From assembly GCF_046119375.1 (NCBI RefSeq), contig NW_027362767.1, forward strand, positions 6,138,001-6,202,000: 64,000 nucleotides of DNA, given 5' to 3'. The notes below the pieces were generated by a model. That model ran no database searches and was not told where the DNA came from. It saw only the letters and a program-made list of their open reading frames with translations. The DNA comes from Phyllobates terribilis (lineage: Eukaryota). Of the stretch, positions 11,130 to 21,100 are shown piece after piece; position 1 is the first letter of the stretch, and the number at the start of each line of letters is the position of its first letter. A program made the position numbers and the translations under genes.

Positions 11130-11590
11130 GCTGTATCTAAGCCTATCTGTGTTATACTGTCTGCAGAGCCATATATCTAAGCCTATCCTGTGTGATACTG
11201 TCTGCTGAGCTGTGTATCTAATCCTATCCTGTGTGATACCATCTGCTGAGCCGTGTATCTAATCCTATCCTGTGTGATACTGTCTGCTGAGCCGTGTATC
11301 TAATCCTATCCTGTGTGATACTGTCTGCTGAGCCGTGTATCTAATCCTCTCCTGTGTGATACTGTCTGCTGAGCCGTGTATCTAATCCTATCCTGTGTGA
11401 TACTGTCTGCTGAGCTGTGTATCTAATCCTCTCCTGTGTGATACTGACTGAGCCGTGTATCTAATCCTATCCTGTGTGATACTGTCTGCTGAGCCGTGTA
11501 TCTAATCCTATCCTGTGTGATACTGTCTGCTGAGCCATGTATCTAATCCTATCCTGTGTGATACCATCTGCTGAGCCGTGTATCTAAGCC
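11130..11590. repeat. 41-bp minisatellite, about 11.5 units, consensus ctgagccgtgtatctaatcctatcctgtgtgatactgtctg
   Basis: Twelve tatctaa anchors at about 41-bp spacing, with occasional 38-40 bp variants. Confidence 0.97.
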
Positions 11591-11597
11591 AGTGTAT

Positions 11598-11733
11598 TAG
11601 CGGTGCACGTTAGAGGGTGCAGAGGTGCTGGTGGCCCCCAGCCGCTCTGTCACATAGGTTCCACTATTGTGGTGGTTGGTGGGGTCTCTTACAGAATTTG
11701 CAGTGGTGCCCGGGGCTGACCCTTACACCTCTG
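11598..11733 (+). mobile_element. hAT-type MITE, family B (136 bp), decayed
   Basis: Left end tagcggtgcac versus right end ttacacctctg (7/11 inverted), with flanks cagtgtat/tagtgtac (6/8 TSD). Confidence 0.5.
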
Positions 11734-12222
11734 TAGTGTACCTAAGCCGTTTAGCTACATGAGGGCACATTTTTGGTGATGAGACCATGCTGCGCTGTAT
11801 AATCTGCAGAGCAGGGAGTTTGCAGCAGTTGGATGGGAGCGGATGCGTTGTCAGGTTGTGTGTGGCGGATCGCGCCTCCTGATGAATACGCTTGGTTAAC
11901 ATATGCAAATGACAAATCAAAGGAAAGTGGAATCTGCAAAAAGAGAAAGAAAAACCTTTTCTTCTGCACTGATGAGACAAAGTATGAATGATGGCAGGCA
12001 CGGCGTCAGCAGCAGCTTTGTCTCACCCGGGCTGCTGCCCAGACAGGCGGATGATGGGGGCGCGGGGGTCTTACAGGTGACACTGGATCTGGAGTAGGAT
12101 TATCCTTGCACCTGCATTACAGGACTTCTTTAATATCCAGATTCTGGAGGAAAGAGCGGCACTACTGCCCCTGAAGTGTACGAGCTCGAGGAAAGGACCA
12201 CAGTCCTGCCTTCATGTAGGCG

Positions 12223-12561
12223 AAAACCTCAGCACCCAAATGATGATGGAGAACGAAGATCCATGATGCAATAAGTGAATATTATATTTTAATCCGGCAA
12301 GAAAAGGCCCAACATTTCGACCAATAACCGTCTTTATCAAGGACATAATAGGCATAAATCAGATTAGGACGAAAGAACCAGCAGAATTGGCAAAAGAAAC
12401 CATCATGTAGTTGATTGCATGGAGGTATGGGGAGCGGAGACTTGTGGAGCAGCCGGGTTTCGGGTAGATGTAGCAGTGTCCTGCCCTTTGCATATTATTA
12501 TAATATTCAATTATCGCATCAAAATCTTCGTTCTCCATCATCATGTCGGCGCTGAGGTTTT
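12223..12561. mobile_element. Fold-back element (about 64-bp inverted arms) enclosing a hammerhead-like motif; possible Penelope-like element remnant
   Basis: Arm 12223-12286 (aaaacctcagcacccaaatgatgatggagaacgaagat...gaatattata) is mirrored at 12499-12561. Confidence 0.6.
12307..12344 (-). ncRNA. Minimal type I hammerhead ribozyme-like motif, U3-A8 core variant
   Basis: Minus strand reads GTCC-TTGATAA-A-GAC-ggttattg-GTC-GAAA-TG-TT-GGGC. Stem I is GTCC/GGGC and stem II is GAC/GTC. The C3-G8 pair is replaced by U3-A8, and helix III ATGT is one CpG transition from the palindrome ACGT. Confidence 0.55.
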
Positions 12562-13251
12562 TTGGACTTCTTCAAAATCGAATCATTGGACTTCTGTAAA
12601 GTTCCAGCTATTTTTTGGTTGTGTCTATTCAGGGGAAACTTGGGTGATATGTAATATGGCCGCAATGACAGTGACCGCAGGGGTTGTCACCTAGTATGCC
12701 CAGAGACCTCACTATGTACGGAAGGCCCCGCTGATCCTTACTTTATCCAAAGCCCCCAGGGCCTGCAGCCATATTCCTTGGTTTATTGATTGGGCAGTGT
12801 TATGTTGGCGTGGTATGACTGTATATGTGATATATAGTGAACCGTAAGGCAGAGGGGGCATCAAAAAAGGTACTGCACAGGCAAGCACCACCCTCATACC
12901 AGCCTGGGGTCCTAAACAACAAATCTACATAGGAATGTAGCAGTGCCTCCCCTACAAATAAACCAGAAAAATTAGGGGTGTCATTTTACAGAGTCTCCTA
13001 AAACTGCATTACTACATCACAAAAAAATACTCTGTGCCGACACTTCAGCTACATATAGGTTGTCACTCAGCTTTCCTAGAGCCCTGATGGTCCTTTGTGT
13101 GCCAATTTACCTACTCAGGCCACAATAGGATTGAATTGGTGTATTCTGATATCCTGCCACTAGAGAGCACCAGATACACATACTCTAATGGAGAGCTGGA
13201 ACTCATCAGGATGCATTTTATTTTCCTCTTTGCCCTGAGCTTATTGCTCCC

Positions 13252-13406
13252 CAGGGGCGGACAGACCACTGGTGCAATCTATGCAGCCGCACAGGGGATC
13301 AAGAAGTAAGGAGGCTGCTACCACCTCCAAAGCAGGTAGAATTCTGTATTATTATGGCCCATATACTTTTCTTGCACAGGGGCCAATTTCCATTTGTCCG
13401 CCAGTA
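13252..13406 (+). mobile_element. hAT-type MITE, family A, copy 3 (155 bp)
   Basis: caggggcggaca ... tgtccgccagta, with flanks ttgctccc/ttgcccac (6/8 TSD) and shared internal motifs. Confidence 0.8.
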
Positions 13407-14023
13407 TTGCCCACCTAAGAAATATTTCTGTTACCTAGTGAGAACACAGGTCAAAACCTAATTTCTACTCTTTAAAACTTCAAAGGTAAATGGAAATAGG
13501 ACAAAGCCCCCCAATATCGGAGCCCATTAGGTGGAGGAGCAGATATTCTTCTTGACTGCTCTCTAGATCCCTGTCCCTCTTCTCACACCGTGTGATGGAC
13601 ACTTATCTGTTATGACGAGGGGTCAGACTCCTCCAGACCAAGTGCATCCAAGTCCTTCAGGTTCATTGTAGCCGCTCTCCCCTGGATGAGCCAGGAAGAA
13701 AGCGTTCATCTTCTCAAGAGGTTTTCAAGTGGTTTGATAGACTCAGGCCTGGATCTCAAACTATGCATTGTGATAGCAGAGTTACAATCCCACTACCTTG
13801 CTCTTAGTGTCAGTCAGTTCTGGCATTGGATTCAGGAACCAGAAGGATCAGGATGAACAGAGCCATAGGTCTTTCCCAGATAAATGACAACCATTAATGA
13901 CTGACATTACATTGCACATAGCTACACAGTGAGGATGGACAGTTCTGACCTATGAACCTGCAGCCTCAGAACCTACCTCTGAAGGCAGAAGAGACAGAGA
14001 CCCCCTATTTATCCCACCCTTAA

Positions 14024-14140
14024 AGGGACCCTGTCAGCACAGAATGACTGTTGAAACTAAATCCATGGTGGCCAATCATTTATATACACCCTCCCACCTG
14101 CTTGCTTTCCCTCTATCTCCACACTTCTCTGGTCCTATAA
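14024..14140 (+). mobile_element. Truncated left end of a T2/Kolobok-type MITE
   Basis: TTAA followed by agggaccctgtca, matching the TIR type of the 14444 element. No right end was found and the right coordinate is approximate. Confidence 0.4.
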
Positions 14141-14280
14141 AGCTACCGTTCCATTCTAACCGGGATAAAAGTGCCTTGTTGGAGAGTTCCCCAACCTGTC
14201 GATAGGTGCGAGTCCCAGTTATCGAACCCCTCGATAAATAAGTTAACACCTATCCTTATGAAGGAAATGTACAAAAAAAT

Positions 14281-14440
14281 GAAATGGGAAGCGACAGGTA
14301 AAAAAAAGAGAGAAGATAAAGAAAAGAAGATGAAAGTAAAAAAGGAAAGTGGAGGATGAAGGAATTCAAAATGTTCTGGAAAAAGGGGAATAAAATGGAA
14401 AAGATGAGGAGGAGGAGAAGAATAGAGGTAGAGGAAGGGT
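14281..14440. repeat. Purine-rich (GA) low-complexity tract
   Basis: Strongly A/G-biased on the + strand, with gagga and gaaaa iterations. Confidence 0.8.
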
Positions 14441-14443
14441 TAA

Positions 14444-14832
14444 AGGACATGTCATGTCAAAAAACACTATTAACCTGCAGATAAGGGGTTAATCTGCAGC
14501 TTAATAGCGTTCTAAAGCCGTGCAGCCATAGAGGAATGGCTTCTAAGCGCCGGCTGTTACCGCACCCTGGCACTGACTGACAGCCGGCAGCGCAGTACAT
14601 CAGTGCATCAGGCTGTCAGTCAGTGTCGTTACAATAGTGAGAGGTGACTGAAGTCGTGTCAGCCGCACCCCTATGACTGAGAGCCGGAGGCTGCCGGGAG
14701 GAATAAAGCTAATATCCTCCCGGCATCTGGGTGTTTAGTGCGGCGGCCGCACAGCTTCAAAACACCATTAACCTGCAGATTAACCCTATATCTGCAGGTT
14801 AATAGCGTTCTTTTTCACATGACAGGTTCCCT
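14444..14832. mobile_element. T2/Kolobok-type MITE (389 bp) with TTAA TSD
   Basis: TTAA at 14440-14443 and 14833-14836. TIRs are about 70 bp (aggacatgtcatgtcaaaaaacactattaacctgcagata... / ...tatctgcaggttaatagcgttctttttcacatgacaggttccct). AGG..CCT ends with TTAA TSD are the hallmark of amphibian T2 MITEs. Confidence 0.9.
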
Positions 14833-14950
14833 TTAAGGAAATGTAGAAAATGGAGAAGAGAAAGTGATTGGAATTAAAACTAGAAGCTTTATAATATTTT
14901 CTTTTCAATCGAGAAAGAAAGAAACAGACATAAGCAAAAGAAAAGTAAGC

Positions 14951-15038
14951 AATATAAAATATACAACATAATTATAAAATATACAACATAATTATAAAAT
15001 ATACAACATAATTATAAAATATACAACATAATTATAAA
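14951..15038. repeat. 20-bp AT-rich tandem repeat (attataaaatatacaacata), about 4.4 copies
   Basis: Four essentially identical units plus a partial unit. Confidence 0.95.
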
Positions 15039-15147
15039 CAAAATGAACAAGTAGCAAATGATACAATAGAAAACGCTCAAAAGCCGTGACCGCAGCTCCG
15101 GGTGAAAGATGAGTTCTAAGTTCATCCTAAATGCCCTGTTTTCTCTC

Positions 15148-18100
15148 TATCTTATTGACCAGTGGTCTTTCCTCCATCTGACCCTGCTTGCTATATCTTA
15201 TTAGCCAGTGGTCTTTTCTCCATATGACCCTGCTTGCTATCTTATTGACCAGTGGTCTTTCCTCCATATGACCCTGCTTGCTATCTTATTGACCAGTGGT
15301 CTTTCCTCCATATGACCCTGCTTGCTATATCTTATTGACCAGTGGTCTTTTCTCCATATGACCCTGCTTGCTATCTTATTAGCCAGTGGTCTTTTCTCCA
15401 TATGACCCTGCTTGCTATCTTATTAGCCAGTGGTCTTTCCTCCATATGACCCTGCTTGCTATCTTATTAGCCAGTGGTCTTTCCTCCATATGACCCTGCT
15501 TGCTATCTTATTGACCAGTGGTCTTTTCTCCATATGACCCTGCTTGCTATCTTATTAGCCAGTGGTCTTTCCTCCATATGACCCAGCTTGCTATCTTATT
15601 AGCCAGTGGTCTTTCCTCCATATGACCCTGCTTGCTATATCTTATTAGCCAGTGGTCTTTCCTCCATATGACCCAGCTTGCTATCTTATTAGCCAGTGGT
15701 CTTTCCTCCATATGACCCTGCTTGCTATATCTTATTGACCAGTGGTCTTTTCTCCATATGACCCTGCTTGCTATATCTTATTGACCAGTGGTCTTTTCTC
15801 CATATGACCCTGCTTGCTATATCTTATTGACCAGTGGTCTTTTCTCCATATGACCCTGCTTGCTATATCTTATTGACCAGTGGTCTTTCCTCCATATGAC
15901 CCTGCTTGCTATCTTATTAGCCAGTGGTCTTTGCTCCATATGACCCTGCTTGCTATATCTTATTGACCAGGGGTCTTTCCTCCATATGACCCTGCTTGCT
16001 ATATCTTATTGACCAGTGGTCTTTTCTCCATATGACCCTGCTTGCTATCTTATTGACCAGTGGTCTTTTCTCCATATGACCCTGCTTGCTATATCTTATT
16101 GACCAGTGGTCTTTTCTCCATATGACCCTGCTTGCTATCTTATTGACCAGTGGTCTTTTCTCCATATGACACTGCTTGCTATATCTTATTGACCAGTGGT
16201 CTTTTCTCCATATGACCCTGCTTGCTATCTTATTGACCAGTGGTCTTTTCTCCATATGACCCTGCTTGCTATATCTTATTGACCAGTGGTCTTTTCTCCA
16301 TATGACCCTGCTTGCTATATCTTATTGACCAGTGGTCTTTTCTCCATATGACCCTGCTTGCTATCTTATTGACCAGTGGTCTTTTCTCCATATGACCCTG
16401 CTTGCTATCTTATTGACCAGTGGTCTTTTCTCCATATGACCCTGCTTGCTATATCTTATTGACCAGTGGTCTTTCCTCCATATGACCCTGCTTGCTATCT
16501 TATTAGCCAGTGGTCTTTGCTCCATATGACCCTGCTTGCTATCTTATTAGCCAGTGGTCTTTTCTCCATATGACCCTGCTTGCTATATCTTATTGACCAG
16601 GGGTCTTTCCTCCATATGACCCTGCTTGCTATATCTTATTGACCAGTGGTCTTTTCTCCATATGACCCTGCTTGCTATCTTATTGACCAGTGGTCTTTTC
16701 TCCATATGACCCTGCTTGCTATATCTTATTGACCAGTGGTCTTTTCTCCATATGACCCTGCTTGCTATCTTATTGACCAGTGGTCTTTTCTCCATATGAC
16801 ACTGCTTGCTATATCTTATTGACCAGTGGTCTTTTCTCCATATGACCCTGCTTGCTATCTTATTGACCAGTGGTCTTTTCTCCATATGACCCTGCTTGCT
16901 ATATCTTATTGACCAGTGGTCTTTTCTCCATATGACCCTGCTTGCTATCTTATTGACCAGTGGTCTTTCCTCAATATGACCCTGCTTGCTATCTTATTGA
17001 CCAGTGGTCTTTCCTCAATATGACCCTGCTTGCTATCTTATTGACCAGTGGTCTTTCCTCCATATGACCCTGCTTGCTATATCTTATTATCCAGTGGTCT
17101 TTTCTCCATATGACCCTGCTTGCTATCTTATTGACCAGTGCTTTTTCCTCCATATGACCCTGCTTGCTATCTTATTGACCAGTGGTCTTTTCTCCATATG
17201 ACCCTGCTTGCTATCTTATTGACCAGTGGTCTTTCCTTCATATGACCCTGCTTGCTATATCTTATTGACCAGTGGTCTTTTCTCCATATGACCCTGCTTG
17301 CTATATCTTATTGACCAGTGATCTTTTCTCCATATGACCCTGCTTGCTATCTTATTAACCAGTGGTCTTTTCTCCATATGACCCTGCTTGCTATCTTATT
17401 GACCAGTGGTCTTTCCTCCATATGACCCTGCTTGCTATATCTTATTAGCCAGTGGTCTTTCTCCATATGACCCTGCTTGCTATATCTTATTGACCAGTGG
17501 TCTTTTCTCCATATGACCCTGCTTGCTATATCTTATTGACCAGTCGTCTTTTCTCCATATGACCCTGCTTGCTATCTTATTAGCCAGTGGTCTTTTCTCC
17601 ATATGACCCTGCTTGCTATCTTATTAACCAGTGGTCTTTCCTCCATATGACCCTGCTTGCTATATCTTATTAGCCAGTGGTCTTTCCTCCATATGACCCT
17701 GCTTGCTATATCTTATTGACCAGTGGTCTTTCCTCCATATGACCCTGCTTGCTATATCTTATTAGCCAGTGGTCTTTCTCCATATGACCCTGCTTGCTAT
17801 ATCTTATTGACCAGTGGTCTTTTCTCCATATGACCCTGCTTGCTATATCTTATTGACCAGTCGTCTTTTCTCCATATGACCCTGCTTGCTATCTTATTAG
17901 CCAGTGGTCTTTTCTCCATATGACCCTGCTTGCTATCTTATTAACCAGTGGTCTTTCCTCCATATGACCCTGCTTGCTATATCTTATTAGCCAGTGGTCT
18001 TTCCTCCATATGACCCTGTTTGCTATATCTTATTGACCAGTGGTCTTTTCTCCATATGACCCTGCTTGCTATATCTTATTGACCAGTGGTCTTTCCTCCA

Positions 18101-21100
18101 TATGACCCTGCTTGCTATCTTATTAGCCAGTGGTCTTTCCTCCATATGACCCTGCTTGCTATATCTTATTGACCAGGGGTCTTTCCTCCATATGACCCTG
18201 CTTGCTATATCTTATTGACCAGTGGTCTTTTCTCCATATGACCCTGCTTGCTATATCTTATTGACCAGTGGTCTTTTCTCCATATGACCCTGCTTGCTAT
18301 CTTATTGACCAGTGGTCTTTCCTCCATATGACCCTGCTTGCTATCTTATTGACCAGTGGTCTTTTCTCCATATGACCCTGCTTGCTATATCTTATTGACC
18401 AGTGGTCTTTTCTCCATATGACCCTGCTTGCTATCTTATTGACCAGTGGTCTTTCCTCCATATGACCCTGCTTGCTATCTTATTGACCAGTGGTCTTTCC
18501 TCCATATGACCCTGCTTGCTATATCTTATTAGCCAGTGGTCTTTCCTCCATATGACCCAGCTTGCTATCTTATTAGCCAGTGGTCTTTCCTCCATATGAC
18601 CCTGCTTGCTATATCTTATTGACCAGTGGTCTTTTCTCCATATGACCCTGCTTGCTATATCTTATTGACCAGTGGTCTTTTCTCCATATGACCCTGCTTG
18701 CTATCTTATTGACCAGTGGTCTTTTCTCCATATGACCCTGCTTGCTATCTTATTAACCAGTGGTCTTTCCTCCATATGACCCTGCTTGCTATATCTTATT
18801 AGCCAGTGGTCTTTCCTCCATATGACCCTGCTTGCTATATCTTATTGACCAGTGGTCTTTTCTCCATATGACCCTGCTTGCTATATCTTATTGACCAGGG
18901 GTCTTTTCTCCATATGACCCTGCTTGCTATCTTATTGACCAGTGGTCTTTCCTCCATATGACCCTGCTTGCTATATCTTATTAACCAGTGGTCTTTCCTC
19001 CATATGACCCTGCTTGCTATATCTTATTAGCCAGTGGTCTTTTCTCCATATGACCCTGCTTGCTATCTTATTGACCAGTGGTCTTTCCTCCATATGACCC
19101 TGCTTGCTATCTTATTGACCAGTGGTCTTTCCTCCATATGACCCTGCTTGCTATATCTTATTGACCAGTGGTCTTTTCTCCATATGACCCTGCTTGCTAT
19201 CTTATTAGCCAGTGGTCTTTTCTCCATATGACCCTGCTTGCTATCTTATTAGCCAGTGGTCTTTCCTCCATATGACCCTGCTTGCTATCTTATTAGCCAG
19301 TGGTCTTTCCTCCATATGACCCTGCTTGCTATCTTATTGACCAGTGGTCTTTTCTCCATATGACCCTGCTTGCTATATCTTATTGACCAGTGGTCTTTCC
19401 TCCATATGACCCTGCTTGCTATATCTTATTAGCCAGTGGTCTTTCCTCCATATGACCCAGCTTGCTATCTTATTAGCCAGTGGTCTTTCCTCCATATGAC
19501 CCTGCTTGCTATATCTTATTGACCAGTGGTCTTTTCTCCATATGACCCTGCTTGCTATATCTTATTGACCAGTGGTCTTTTCTCCATATGACCCTGCTTG
19601 CTATCTTATTGACCAGTGGTCTTTTCTCCATATGACCCTGCTTGCTATCTTATTGACCAGTGGTCTTTTCTCCATATGACCCTGCTTGCTATATCTTATT
19701 GACCAGTGGTCTTTCCTCCATATGACCCTGCTTGCTATCTTATTAGCCAGTGGTCTTTGCTCCATATGACCCTGCTTGCTATCTTATTAGCCAGTGGTCT
19801 TTTCTCCATATGACCCTGCTTGCTATATCTTATTGACCAGGGGTCTTTCCTCCATATGACCCTGCTTGCTATATCTTATTGACCAGTGGTCTTTTCTCCA
19901 TATGACCCTGCTTGCTATCTTATTGACCAGTGGTCTTTTCTCCATATGACCCTGCTTGCTATATCTTATTGACCAGTGGTCTTTTCTCCATATGACCCTG
20001 CTTGCTATCTTATTGACCAGTGGTCTTTTCTCCATATGACACTGCTTGCTATATCTTATTGACCAGTGGTCTTTTCTCCATATGACCCTGCTTGCTATCT
20101 TATTGACCAGTGGTCTTTTCTCCATATGACCCTGCTTGCTATATCTTATTGACCAGTGGTCTTTTCTCCATATGACCCTGCTTGCTATCTTATTGACCAG
20201 TGGTCTTTCCTCAATATGACCCTGCTTGCTATCTTATTGACCAGTGGTCTTTCCTCAATATGACCCTGCTTGCTATCTTATTGACCAGTGGTCTTTCCTC
20301 CATATGACCCTGCTTGCTATATCTTATTATCCAGTGGTCTTTTCTCCATATGACCCTGCTTGCTATCTTATTGACCAGTGCTTTTTCCTCCATATGACCC
20401 TGCTTGCTATCTTATTGACCAGTGGTCTTTTCTCCATATGACCCTGCTTGCTATCTTATTGACCAGTGGTCTTTCCTTCATGTGACCCTGCTTGCTATAT
20501 CTTATTGACCAGTGGTCTTTTCTCCATATGACCCTGCTTGCTATATCTTATTGACCAGTGATCTTTTCTCCATATGACCCTGCTTGCTATCTTATTAACC
20601 AGTGGTCTTTTCTCCATATGACCCTGCTTGCTATCTTATTGACCAGTGGTCTTTCCTCCATATGACCCTGCTTGCTATATCTTATTAGCCAGTGGTCTTT
20701 CTCCATATGACCCTGCTTGCTATATCTTATTGACCAGTGGTCTTTTCTCCATATGACCCTGCTTGCTATATCTTATTGACCAGTCGTCTTTTCTCCATAT
20801 GACCCTGCTTGCTATCTTATTAGCCAGTGGTCTTTTCTCCATATGACCCTGCTTGCTATCTTATTAACCAGTGGTCTTTCCTCCATATGACCCTGCTTGC
20901 TATATCTTATTGACCAGTGGTCTTTCCTCCATATGACCCTGCTTGCTATATCTTATTAGCCAGTGGTCTTTCTCCATATGACCCTGCTTGCTATATCTTA
21001 TTGACCAGTGGTCTTTTCTCCATATGACCCTGCTTGCTATATCTTATTGACCAGTGGTCTTTTCTCCATATGACCCTGCTTGCTATCTTATTAACCAGTG

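Noticed and set aside
11877-12000. Further CTGATGA boxes (11879, 11969; also 8373 and minus-strand 13203) and CTGATCA...GAAACGCG at about 1627-1650
   Set aside because: None has both a correctly placed GAAA box and pairing stems, so they were not called hammerheads.
873-14450. Remaining short ORFs (60-123 aa) in the unique region
   Set aside because: No recognisable protein family, and most overlap MITEs, hairpins or low-complexity tracts.
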